A stretch of 64,000 nucleotides of DNA from Sulfurimonas sp. GTDB lineage: Bacteria > Campylobacterota > Campylobacteria > Campylobacterales > Sulfurimonadaceae. The position numbers and the translations under genes were made by a program. A model generated the notes under the pieces. That model worked only from the letters and a program-made list of their open reading frames with translations. It was not told the origin of the DNA and ran no database searches. The DNA lies in NCBI GenBank assembly GCA_026988245.1, contig JALSLR010000014.1, positions 6,660-70,659 of the forward strand, given 5' to 3'. Of the stretch, positions 36,111-45,577 are shown piece after piece; the first letter of the stretch is position 1; the number at the start of each line of letters is the position of its first letter.

Positions 36111-36334
36111 TGAAAAGATATGATTTAAGACACTTAAAAGACAACTATGAACCTCGTATGAAAGAGATTTTAGACGAGCATAAGGCTGGTGAAGTAGCTA
36201 TATTTTTATTTGAGATTGGAGATTTTACTCCTATTCAAAACTCTGCTGATTTAGTAAAAGAGTGTGGCTACGAGCTAATGAATTCACTTAAATTCAACGA
36301 AGTCGACTGGACTATCGTTGTTAAAAAAGGGTAA
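36110..36334 (+). CDS. nuoX: Campylobacterota-specific small complex I subunit (NuoX / Cj1575c-like, in place of NuoE)
   Basis: 74 aa, 'MKRYDLRHL', 'LFEIGDF', 'NSLKFNEVDWT'. Follows nuoD. Confidence 0.75.
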   Translation: MKRYDLRHLKDNYEPRMKEILDEHKAGEVAIFLFEIGDFTPIQNSADLVKECGYELMNSLKFNEVDWTIVVKKG

Positions 36335-36344
36335 GGTGTAAGTT

Positions 36345-38384
36345 TTGAGTAAAGTATATTTCTCGACTTGGCGCGATGAGCAGATCAACAATATTGGTAA
36401 AGCTGAAGAAGATTGGGCGGAATCTGCTTATAATCTTCCAGCACAATATGACGAGCATGCAAGTTCTAAAGCGTTTATTGGTTGGGATGGTGTAGCTCTT
36501 TTTGATCCAGATATAGATGTTGTAAAGCTTGCAACTGAGTATGCACACCAATACCAAGAGTATTCTGAAGCATGTGGAAGATGTGCACCTGGTAGATGGG
36601 GTGGACGAATTTTATATGACTTACTAGATAAAATTGCTCGTGGAGAGGGAAGTGTCGCTGACATGGACCACTTAAAAGAGATTGGTAAGTCTATGCAACT
36701 CACATCTAAATGTGAGATAGGTAAGACCGTCCCAAATCCTTTAATAGATTTAATGACACACTTTGAAGATACATTTTTAGAGTGCATAAACGAGCAAAAA
36801 CCGTCAAAGCATTACCACGAAGAGGTGGATTATATAGCTAAGATTACAGCACCATGTATGGATGCTTGTCCATCTCATGTTGATATTCCTGCTTATATAG
36901 AGGGTGTTCGTGATGTTCGTCTTGATGATGCACTTCGTGCTACTCGGCAAACTATGCCACTCGCGCATACTTGTGGTCGTGTATGTCCACATCCATGTGA
37001 AGATGAATGTCGTCGTTCCAACTTAGATGAGTCCATAGCAATTATGGAGTTAAAACGCCTTGGTGCTGATTATGAGAGTGATCATGACTTAGGTTTTTTT
37101 CATCCTGGTAAAGGTAAAAAGAAAAAGCCAAATGGTAAAAAAGTTGCCGTTATTGGTGCTGGTCCTGCAGGACTTACTACTGCATACTATCTAGCATTAG
37201 AGGGTGTTGAAGTTGATTGTTATGAAGCACTTCCAGTTCTTGGTGGTGAGGTTACTGTTGGTGTCCCAGAGTACCGTATGCCTTGGGATAAATATGCTCA
37301 AGATATAGAAGCAGTAAGAGACTTAGGCGTAAACTTTATCGTTAATCATGCTGTAACTGCAGATGAGATGCGTGAGTTTGAAACAAGCTATGATGCTACG
37401 ATGATAGCATCAGGTACTAGAATATCTAAAAAAGTTCGCTGTGATAATGAACGTCCAGAGATACAAGGGTATTGGGGTGCTATTGATTTCCTTGACTGGG
37501 TAAATCTTTATGAAAAATTTGATATCACTACACCTGAAGATGTGCAAAAGCAACAAATGTTACCTAGTAACTTTGTAGATTTAAAAGGTAAAACATTAGC
37601 CTGTGTTGGTGGTGGATTTACCTCTATGGATGTCGTTCGTTGTGCGATTCGTGCAGGTGCTAAACGTGTAGTTATGTTTTATCGCCGTGATGAAAAAACT
37701 ATCATTCGTAATACTACTTATGAAGAGTATCACGAAGCAGTTGAAGAGGGCGTAGAGTTTATCTTTCATTCTGCGGTTGCTAAGATGAATGATGAAGATG
37801 ATGTTCTTAAATCTCTTGACATTGATAAGTTTGAATTAGTACCAGACCCAAATGGTGGTCGTGCGCAACTTGTAAAAATCGATGGAGCAAGTGAGACTAT
37901 TGAGTTTGATTATCTTATCCCCGCTGTTTCTCAATCTGCTGATTTAAAGTTCTTACCAGAGGAGTGGGAACTTGAGATGACTTCATGGGCTACTATAAAA
38001 ACGAATGGTGTTGATTATATGACATCTCGTAAGGGTATCTTTGCATCAGGGGATTGTGAATATGGTCCTATGACTATTGTTAACGCAGTTGGTCAAGCTA
38101 AACGTGCAGCTTCTGTAATAAGTAGATACATTCATACAGGTGAGATAACTATCACTGATGATGAAATCATGGAAGACCATCTTCGTAAGATGAAAGTCTA
38201 TGATAAAAAAGAAAAAATTACTGGATGGTTACCTGGAGTTCCTCGTCAACATTCAGAAGTTTTACATGTAGATATTCGTAAATACAACAATGAAGAAGTG
38301 AACTTTGGTTTTACAAAAGAACAAGCGCAAAGTGAAGCTGAGCGTTGTATGCGTTGTTATTACATCGCTATGGTAGCGAAGTAG
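36345..38384 (+). CDS. FAD/Fe-S NAD(P)H oxidoreductase: NuoF-type Fe-S domain fused to a GltD-like domain (SfrB-like)
   Basis: 'EACGRCAPGR...C', 'CMDACP', 'CGRVCPHPCEDEC', FAD motif 'VIGAGPAG', dinucleotide motif 'VGGGFTSMD' with 'YRR', C-terminal 'RCMRC'. Confidence 0.85.
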   Translation: MSKVYFSTWRDEQINNIGKAEEDWAESAYNLPAQYDEHASSKAFIGWDGVALFDPDIDVVKLATEYAHQYQEYSEACGRCAPGRWGGRILYDLLDKIARGEGSVADMDHLKEIGKSMQLTSKCEIGKTVPNPLIDLMTHFEDTFLECINEQKPSKHYHEEVDYIAKITAPCMDACPSHVDIPAYIEGVRDVRLDDALRATRQTMPLAHTCGRVCPHPCEDECRRSNLDESIAIMELKRLGADYESDHDLGFFHPGKGKKKKPNGKKVAVIGAGPAGLTTAYYLALEGVEVDCYEALPVLGGEVTVGVPEYRMPWDKYAQDIEAVRDLGVNFIVNHAVTADEMREFETSYDATMIASGTRISKKVRCDNERPEIQGYWGAIDFLDWVNLYEKFDITTPEDVQKQQMLPSNFVDLKGKTLACVGGGFTSMDVVRCAIRAGAKRVVMFYRRDEKTIIRNTTYEEYHEAVEEGVEFIFHSAVAKMNDEDDVLKSLDIDKFELVPDPNGGRAQLVKIDGASETIEFDYLIPAVSQSADLKFLPEEWELEMTSWATIKTNGVDYMTSRKGIFASGDCEYGPMTIVNAVGQAKRAASVISRYIHTGEITITDDEIMEDHLRKMKVYDKKEKITGWLPGVPRQHSEVLHVDIRKYNNEEVNFGFTKEQAQSEAERCMRCYYIAMVAK

Positions 38385-38395
38385 GGGGTGGGTAG

Positions 38396-40585
38396 ATGAT
38401 TAAGTTTTTTATTGATTCTAAAGAAGTTACTGCTAAGAAGGGTGAATCTATCTTAGAAGTAGCTCGTCGCGAAGATATCTACATCCCTACTATGTGCTAC
38501 CTACCAAAAGCGACAGCGATAGCATCATGTCGTATGTGTAGTATTGAAGTACAAGGGCAAGAGGGTTTTGTACTTTCTTGTAATACTCCTCCAGTTGAAG
38601 GTATCAATGTTATAACAAACTCAGATTCACTCTACCATGAACGTCAAAATATTATGAAGCTCTATAATGTAAACCATCCTTTACAATGTGGAGTTTGTGA
38701 CAAATCTGGTGAGTGTGATTTACAAAACAAAACTTTAGAGTTTGATGTTGGTGAACAAGATTTTGCAGTTAGAGACCAAGCTCGTAAAAAGAAAAAATGG
38801 GGTATCCATACATATGACCCAGCTTTATGTATACTTTGTGAAAAGTGTGCAACTGTATGTAATGAAACAGTAGGTAATGAAGCTCTTTTTATTAAGCCTG
38901 GTGGTTATAAATCTCACATAGAGATAGATTTGTCTAACTGTATCCAGTGCGGTGAGTGTATCTCTGTTTGTCCAGTTGGAGCCATGGCTTCTACAGACTT
39001 CAAGTACACTTCAAATGCATGGGAACTTGATAAGGTGCCTTCCTCTTGTGCACATTGTTCAAGCGCATGTTCGCTTAACTATGAGTCAAAAGATGGCACT
39101 ATTATGCGTGTAACAAATGAGTCTGACTTCTCTTCACTATGCGGTGCTGGAAGATTTGGCTTTGACTTTGAGAATAGAGTTTTAAATAAAGATGAAAATG
39201 CATTTAATGAAGCTATTGAGAGTTTTAAACGCGCACAAAATGTTGTTTTTAGCTCTTTTATTACAAATGAAGAAGCATATATCCTTAACGAACTCAAGAA
39301 AAAGCTAGGCTTCAACCTAGTAAATGAAGATGCTCGTCTTTTTGGAGAGTTTATGAAAAACTTCTCAACTACTGCAAGCGAATCACTTTATAATGCAACT
39401 ATCGATGATCTAAAAATTAGTGACTTCATCATAAGTATTGGTTGTTCTATAGAGAGTGATAATCCTATGATTAAATTCGCAGCATCTCAAGCTGTGAAAA
39501 ACAAAAAAGCATGGGTGGCATCTATAGCACCAGTCGTTGAACATGATATATCTAATGTAGTGAGTCAGTATATAAACAATGAAGTTGGTAGTGAAGAGGC
39601 GGCTTTAGCGATGATAACTGATACTTTTATAGAAGATAAAGCCTCGCAACAAACATTTTTTGACTCTCTTGATTTAGGTTATTTGAGTGGAGAGAGCAAT
39701 ATAAGCGAAGAAGAGTTAGATCTATTAAAAACTAAATTTGCACGAAAACTTAATCCTATTTTAGTTATAGGCGAAGATGTTATCAATCACCCTCGGGCTA
39801 AAAATATAGCTTTACTAGCAGGATACTTACAAAAAAGTGAACTTTTTAAAGTTATTATAGTCCCACCATCTACAAATACCTTAGGCGTAAGTCTTATTTG
39901 TGATTTAGATAAGCCACAAGATGGTTTTAGTGTTGGTTATAATGCTCCAGCAGACTTCACACTCAGTGCAAAAGGTTCTGGAGATTTAGATATGCCAGCC
40001 TTAAATCAACAAGAGGGGACTTTTGTAAATATAGATAAAGATTTAGTGGTATTAAATGCAGCTATCAAACATCATGGGTATGAACTTAACGATATAGCGA
40101 ATGCACTTGGAGTTGAGAGTGAGAATATCATAGACTATACATCTAAGCTAGGTTTTAAAACAATAGAGTTTGATGACCTAGATAACTACTATGATAATGT
40201 AGGGAATGCCTACCGTGGATATAAAATAGAGTCTAAGAAAAATAGAAAAAAAGCAACATTAGATGAAGTAGAAGAGTTAGCAGAATATAATGGAAGTGTT
40301 GTTTATGCTAGGAATCCGTTAAGACAGTTCTCTTCTTTTACAAAAGACTGTAAACAGTTAGATGCAAAACTAGAATTAGTTGGTTCAGAACAATTTGCCT
40401 TAGCATCAAAAATCAAATCGGGAGACCATGTAAAATTTAGCGTAGATAATGTTGAATTTAGTAGAGTGTTTAAGTTAGATAAGCACATGAAAGGTACGGT
40501 TGCATATAACCCAACTTTCGATATGGATTTAAAATCATCAGGCTATAGATACAATCAAGTCAAATTAGAGGTTATAAATGAGTAG
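38396..40585 (+). CDS. nuoG: NuoG-like Fe-S subunit, paralog 1
   Basis: [2Fe-2S] 'CY..ASCRMC..SC', 'NHPLQCGVCDKSGEC', 'CILCEKCATVC', 'CIQCGECISVCP', 'CAHCSSAC..C'. Confidence 0.85.
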   Translation: MIKFFIDSKEVTAKKGESILEVARREDIYIPTMCYLPKATAIASCRMCSIEVQGQEGFVLSCNTPPVEGINVITNSDSLYHERQNIMKLYNVNHPLQCGVCDKSGECDLQNKTLEFDVGEQDFAVRDQARKKKKWGIHTYDPALCILCEKCATVCNETVGNEALFIKPGGYKSHIEIDLSNCIQCGECISVCPVGAMASTDFKYTSNAWELDKVPSSCAHCSSACSLNYESKDGTIMRVTNESDFSSLCGAGRFGFDFENRVLNKDENAFNEAIESFKRAQNVVFSSFITNEEAYILNELKKKLGFNLVNEDARLFGEFMKNFSTTASESLYNATIDDLKISDFIISIGCSIESDNPMIKFAASQAVKNKKAWVASIAPVVEHDISNVVSQYINNEVGSEEAALAMITDTFIEDKASQQTFFDSLDLGYLSGESNISEEELDLLKTKFARKLNPILVIGEDVINHPRAKNIALLAGYLQKSELFKVIIVPPSTNTLGVSLICDLDKPQDGFSVGYNAPADFTLSAKGSGDLDMPALNQQEGTFVNIDKDLVVLNAAIKHHGYELNDIANALGVESENIIDYTSKLGFKTIEFDDLDNYYDNVGNAYRGYKIESKKNRKKATLDEVEELAEYNGSVVYARNPLRQFSSFTKDCKQLDAKLELVGSEQFALASKIKSGDHVKFSVDNVEFSRVFKLDKHMKGTVAYNPTFDMDLKSSGYRYNQVKLEVINE

Positions 40586-43067
40586 CAATATTACAATTAC
40601 AATAGATAACCAAGAGGTACAAACTACAGAAGGTGAGTTTATATTAAATGCCGCACGTGCTAACGATATATATATCCCTGCAATTTGTTATTTAACAAGA
40701 TGTAGTCCAACTCTTGCGTGTAGAATATGTTTAGTTGAAGCTGATGGTAAACAAGTGTATGCTTGTAATGCCAAAAGTAAAGAGGGTATGCAAATTACCA
40801 CAACGACTGAAACCATAGAAAAAGAGCGCCGTGCTATTATGGAAGTGTATGATGTAAATCATCCTCTTCAATGTGGTGTGTGTGATCAATCAGGTGAGTG
40901 TGAACTTCAAAACTATACCCTAGAACTTGGTGTTGATGCACAAAGCTATAGCGTAAAAGATGTTCAAAGAGACTCTATAGACTGGGGACACTTACACTAT
41001 GATCCAGGTCTATGTATCGTTTGTGAGAGATGTTCCACAGTATGTAAAGATATGATAGGTGATAATTCTCTTAAAACTGTACCACGAAATGCAGACCCAC
41101 TTGACGCTGAATTTAAAGAGACTATGCCTAAAGATGCCTATGCAATGTGGAATAAGCTCAACAAGTCACTTATTGGTTTAACATCAGGTGAAGAGATGCT
41201 TGACTGTACATCATGTGGTGAGTGTGCAGCTGTTTGTCCTGTTGGTGCATTAGTGGATACTCACTTTATGTATAAGTCGAATGCTTGGGAGCTAGAACAG
41301 GTTCCTGCAACGTGTGGACATTGTTCTGCTGGTTGTCAAATCACTTACGATGTGAAGCATACAAGTGTGGAGAATGCAGATAAAAAAATCTATCGTGTGA
41401 TGAATGAGTGGAACTATGTATCTCTTTGTGGTGCTGGTAGATATGGCTTTGACTATGAAAACAGAGTTGATGCTAAGGATGAAAAAGCATTTACAAATGC
41501 AATTGAAGCTTTTAAACGAGCTGATAGCATAGAGTTTACAAGTACTATCACAAATGAAGAAGCGTATATCTTACAATCTTTAAAAGAAAAACTTGGCGTG
41601 AAACTTGTAAATAATGAGGCAAAAGCATTTCAAACTTTCTTAAAAGACTATAGCGCAATAAGTGGTACTAAACTTTATGGAAACAACTTAGAAGCTACTC
41701 ATAATTCTAATTTTGTAATATCTGTAGGATCTGCTCTTAAGAGTGATAACCCAAATGCGAGATATGCTTTAAATAACTCTATGACTGTTAATAAGGGTGC
41801 AGGAATTTACTTCCACCCTGTGAATGACCCGGTTATAGAAGGTTTAGCGAAGGGTATGATGAGTGTGTACCATGCGCCACTTCAAGAAGAAGCGGTTTTA
41901 TACCTTATTCTCGACTTATTTGCTAACAAAGAAGAGTTACCAAGTGAAATCGTAGACTACCTAGCATCATTTCACAGCGAAAAAACTATAACAGTTGAAG
42001 AGACTATCAAAGAAAAAGTTGTAGAAATCGTTAAAGAGATGAAAATCAACGAAGAGACTGGAGAAGAGGAAGAAGTAGAAGTAGAAAAATCGAAAATGGT
42101 TCCTAAAAAAATCTCTAAAGAAGTTGTAGTAGATAACAACCGTCTATTAGAGATACTTGGTGCTGATGAAAATTTTATAGAAAGTTTAGAAAAAAATCTT
42201 AAAAAGAAAGATACTTTTGCACTTATCGCTGGACCAGACTTATACACACATCCAAATAGTAAAAACTTAGCACGCTTACTTGGTCTTATAGAGAGATACT
42301 CTGCATTTGAAATTACTATGATTCCAAGCTTAACAAACACCTTAGGTGTAAGCCTCATTTGTGAACTAGATGATGAAGCAGAGGGATATACAGTTGGGTA
42401 TAACACAAAAGCAGATTTCACATTATCAGCTCTTGGAGATGGCGATCTAGATATGCCAGCTATCAATCAACAAGAGGGGACACTTACTTCTATAAATAAG
42501 AGAGTGAACCCTACAAATGCGGCACTTCCATATAATGGATATGTGTTAAACGATATAGCAAATGCTTTAGGACTCAATGCAGAGTTAACAGTTGATTATA
42601 CGGCATCTCTTCCAACTGCAAATGGATTTAAAGCGCTTGCTTTTGATACCCTTCCTAATCATTATGACAATGATGGTACGGAGCATCGTGGGTATCTTCT
42701 TGATGTTGTGAAGGTGAGAAAGTCGCCTAAACAAAATGTAGAGCCTATAAAAGAAGATATATTAGAGGGGACTCTTATCTATCTTGCAAATCCAGTAAGA
42801 CAGTTTAGTGACTTTACAAATAAAGCTACAAATTTAGACGAAGTAAGTGGTATCTATATGAGTGCTGATTACTTACAAGAGAGTGACTTCAACGAAGGTG
42901 ATATGGTAAAAGTAAAAACTGATAAAGGGGAACTTACAGCATCTGTTGTAAGTGACAATAAGATTAGTGGAAACATCGTGATTTTACCAACGTTTGATTC
43001 AAATTTAAACTCAGAGGCTCTCTTTAGTGGTTATCGCTTTAGTTCAGCTTCGATAGAAAAGGTGTAA
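40578..43067 (+). CDS. nuoG: NADH-quinone oxidoreductase subunit G, paralog 2
   Basis: Same full Fe-S motif set, 'ACRICLVE', 'CGHCSAGC'. 829 aa. Confidence 0.9.
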   Translation: MSSNITITIDNQEVQTTEGEFILNAARANDIYIPAICYLTRCSPTLACRICLVEADGKQVYACNAKSKEGMQITTTTETIEKERRAIMEVYDVNHPLQCGVCDQSGECELQNYTLELGVDAQSYSVKDVQRDSIDWGHLHYDPGLCIVCERCSTVCKDMIGDNSLKTVPRNADPLDAEFKETMPKDAYAMWNKLNKSLIGLTSGEEMLDCTSCGECAAVCPVGALVDTHFMYKSNAWELEQVPATCGHCSAGCQITYDVKHTSVENADKKIYRVMNEWNYVSLCGAGRYGFDYENRVDAKDEKAFTNAIEAFKRADSIEFTSTITNEEAYILQSLKEKLGVKLVNNEAKAFQTFLKDYSAISGTKLYGNNLEATHNSNFVISVGSALKSDNPNARYALNNSMTVNKGAGIYFHPVNDPVIEGLAKGMMSVYHAPLQEEAVLYLILDLFANKEELPSEIVDYLASFHSEKTITVEETIKEKVVEIVKEMKINEETGEEEEVEVEKSKMVPKKISKEVVVDNNRLLEILGADENFIESLEKNLKKKDTFALIAGPDLYTHPNSKNLARLLGLIERYSAFEITMIPSLTNTLGVSLICELDDEAEGYTVGYNTKADFTLSALGDGDLDMPAINQQEGTLTSINKRVNPTNAALPYNGYVLNDIANALGLNAELTVDYTASLPTANGFKALAFDTLPNHYDNDGTEHRGYLLDVVKVRKSPKQNVEPIKEDILEGTLIYLANPVRQFSDFTNKATNLDEVSGIYMSADYLQESDFNEGDMVKVKTDKGELTASVVSDNKISGNIVILPTFDSNLNSEALFSGYRFSSASIEKV

Positions 43068-43070
43068 TAT

Positions 43071-44051
43071 ATGGAAACAGCATATTTAATAGAAACAGTC
43101 ATTAAGATTGTAATAATTTTACTTGTATTTTCTGCATTAGCAGGTTTTGGTACATACTTTGAAAGAAAGATTCTTGCATTTATGTCAAGACGCCTTGGGC
43201 CAATGAATGTTGGTCCTTATGGACTTCTTCAAATTGCAGCAGATGGTATTAAACTTTTTACAAAAGAAGATATCATTCCTACTAATGTAGTAGGTCGTAT
43301 CTTTAAGATAGCTCCAGTTATCACTGCCGCAACTGCATTTATGGCAGCAGCAGCTATCCCATTTTTGCCAGCATTTACTATTGGTAGTTATGAAGTTAAC
43401 CCGATAGTATCGGATATTAATATTGGTATTCTTTACATCTTAGGTGTAATGGGTATTGGTTTATATGGTCCGTTACTTGGTGGTATGGCGAGTGCAAATA
43501 AATTTTCACTTTTATCTGCAGCAAGAAGTGCAGCTGTCTTTATCTCGTATGAGGTAGTGACAGGGCTATCAATCTTAGCACCTATTATGATAGTTGGTTC
43601 ATTATCACTTATTGATTTTAACAATTATCAAGCTACGCATGGTTGGTTAGTATTTTCTCAGCCAGTAGCATTTATTCTTTTTTGGATAGCAGCGTTTGCT
43701 GAGACGGGGCGTACACCATTTCACCTCGTTGCAAATGATCATGAGATTATTGATGGTTTTGGGACTGAGTACTCTGGGATGAGATGGGGACTTTTCTTCA
43801 TCGGTGAGTACGCAAATATGTTCTTTATCTCTTTTGTTATTCCACTGCTTTTTTTAGGTGGTTTTGGAGATGGTAGCGTAATGGGTGCTTTTGCATTCTT
43901 AGGTAAGATGGCATTTTTCTTCTTCTTTTTCTTATGGACAAGAGCTGCATGGCCAGATGTAAGACCAGATCAACTTATGATGTTGTGTTGGAAAATTCTA
44001 ATGCCAATAGCCGTGATTAACATAGTTATCACGGGTATTGTGATGATGTAA
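43071..44051 (+). CDS. nuoH: NADH-quinone oxidoreductase subunit H
   Basis: 'ERKILA', 'ADGIKLFTKE', 'AETGRTPF', 'TEYSG'. Confidence 0.96.
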   Translation: METAYLIETVIKIVIILLVFSALAGFGTYFERKILAFMSRRLGPMNVGPYGLLQIAADGIKLFTKEDIIPTNVVGRIFKIAPVITAATAFMAAAAIPFLPAFTIGSYEVNPIVSDINIGILYILGVMGIGLYGPLLGGMASANKFSLLSAARSAAVFISYEVVTGLSILAPIMIVGSLSLIDFNNYQATHGWLVFSQPVAFILFWIAAFAETGRTPFHLVANDHEIIDGFGTEYSGMRWGLFFIGEYANMFFISFVIPLLFLGGFGDGSVMGAFAFLGKMAFFFFFFLWTRAAWPDVRPDQLMMLCWKILMPIAVINIVITGIVMM

Positions 44052-44054
44052 GGG

Positions 44055-44678
44055 GTGATGATGAATCAAGAACAATTTAATGATAGAAATGTATCAGATG
44101 ATGGCTACTTAAAGGTAGATATAGCTGATTATCCAACTACGCCTTGGGGTAGGTTCAAGCGTGTAGTCGATAGAACTTTTAAATTAGAGCTTTTTGTAGG
44201 TCTATGGGTAGTTTTAAGAGAGATGATTAAGTTCGATATACATACTGTAAAGTATCCAGAAGAAAAGATGCCTATAGGTCCTCGTTATCGTGCAGTGCAT
44301 GAGATGAAGAGATTATGGGAAAGTGATACTGAAAGATGTATTGGTTGTGGTCTTTGTGAAAAGATTTGTATCTCTAACTGTATTAAGATGGATACAAAAA
44401 TAGATGAAAATTCTCGTAAAGAGGTTTCAGAGTACACTATTAACTTGGGTCGTTGTATTTTCTGTGGTTATTGTGCGGAGGTTTGTCCAGAGTTAGCAAT
44501 TGTACATGGTGGGGAGTATGAAAATGCATCTGATCAACGTGAACATTTTGTTGATTTCGCTCAAATGCTTACACCGATTGACACGATGAAAGAGGGCAAA
44601 CAATTAGAGTTTGAAGGTTTTGGTGCTATTACACCACATGAAGATGAGCGTGTTAAAAAAACACCTCTAGCATATTAA
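44055..44678 (+). CDS. nuoI: NADH-quinone oxidoreductase subunit I
   Basis: 'CIGCGLCEKIC' and 'CIFCGYCAEVCP'. Confidence 0.96.
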   Translation: MMMNQEQFNDRNVSDDGYLKVDIADYPTTPWGRFKRVVDRTFKLELFVGLWVVLREMIKFDIHTVKYPEEKMPIGPRYRAVHEMKRLWESDTERCIGCGLCEKICISNCIKMDTKIDENSRKEVSEYTINLGRCIFCGYCAEVCPELAIVHGGEYENASDQREHFVDFAQMLTPIDTMKEGKQLEFEGFGAITPHEDERVKKTPLAY

Positions 44679-44683
44679 GGAGT

Positions 44684-45271
44684 TTGGGTATGTTTGAAGC
44701 TATTGCTTTTTATCTGTTTGCTTTTTTAACTATTGCGATGTTTTACATTACTGTAACTACATCACAAGCGTTATACGCTTTAACAGCGTTAGCCGCAGGG
44801 ATGATTTTTATATCGGCATTTTTCTTTATATTGGGTGCTGATTTTTTAGGTGCAGTACAGATAGTTGTTTATTCTGGTGCTGTAATGGCTCTTTACTCTT
44901 TTGGTATGATGTTTTTTGATACGACAAGAGAGTTACACGAGAAACAAGGAAACAAGTATATAGTGGTTGGTCTTGCAACTATAGCTGCTGTTTTGGTTGT
45001 TCTTATTTTCTCTGCTCCAATACTAAGTAATAATATTACTGCTCTTTACCCAATGGTTGAAGGTGCTGGTAATACTCAAGAGGTTGGTATGGTCTTATTT
45101 ACTAAGTACCTTGTTCCTTTTGAAGTAGCTGCCATTATGTTACTAGTTGCTATGATAGCTGGTATTGTATTAGCAGGTAAAAAAATGGATGCATCATTAA
45201 CTTTAATGACTGAAGCAGAAATTAAAGATATGCGTAAACAAAAAGCTAATAAAACAAAGGAAATCGTATGA
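44684..45271 (+). CDS. nuoJ: NADH-quinone oxidoreductase subunit J
   Basis: 'QIVVYSGAVMAL', 'PFEVAAIMLLVAMIAGI'. Confidence 0.94.
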   Translation: MGMFEAIAFYLFAFLTIAMFYITVTTSQALYALTALAAGMIFISAFFFILGADFLGAVQIVVYSGAVMALYSFGMMFFDTTRELHEKQGNKYIVVGLATIAAVLVVLIFSAPILSNNITALYPMVEGAGNTQEVGMVLFTKYLVPFEVAAIMLLVAMIAGIVLAGKKMDASLTLMTEAEIKDMRKQKANKTKEIV

Positions 45272-45576
45272 TGGAAATTGGATTAAACCACTATCTTGTA
45301 CTCTCAACTATCCTTTTTAGTATTGGTTTAGTGGGTGTAATGAGAAGAAAAAATCTTTTAATATTATTTTTTGCTACTGAGATTTTATTAAACTCTGTAA
45401 ATATCGCCTTTGCGGCGATTTCACACTACTATGGTGATTTAACTGGTCAAATGTTTGCATTTTTTGTGATTGCAATTGCGGCTAGTGAAGTTGCTGTTGG
45501 ACTTGGTCTTTTGATTGTATGGCATAAACGTTATAACAATATCGACTTAGATTACTTAAATACGATGAAAGGATAA
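45268..45576 (+). CDS. nuoK: NADH-quinone oxidoreductase subunit K
   Basis: 'EILLNSVN', 'IAAxEVAVGL'. Confidence 0.95.
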   Translation: MMEIGLNHYLVLSTILFSIGLVGVMRRKNLLILFFATEILLNSVNIAFAAISHYYGDLTGQMFAFFVIAIAASEVAVGLGLLIVWHKRYNNIDLDYLNTMKG

Positions 45577-45577
45577 A

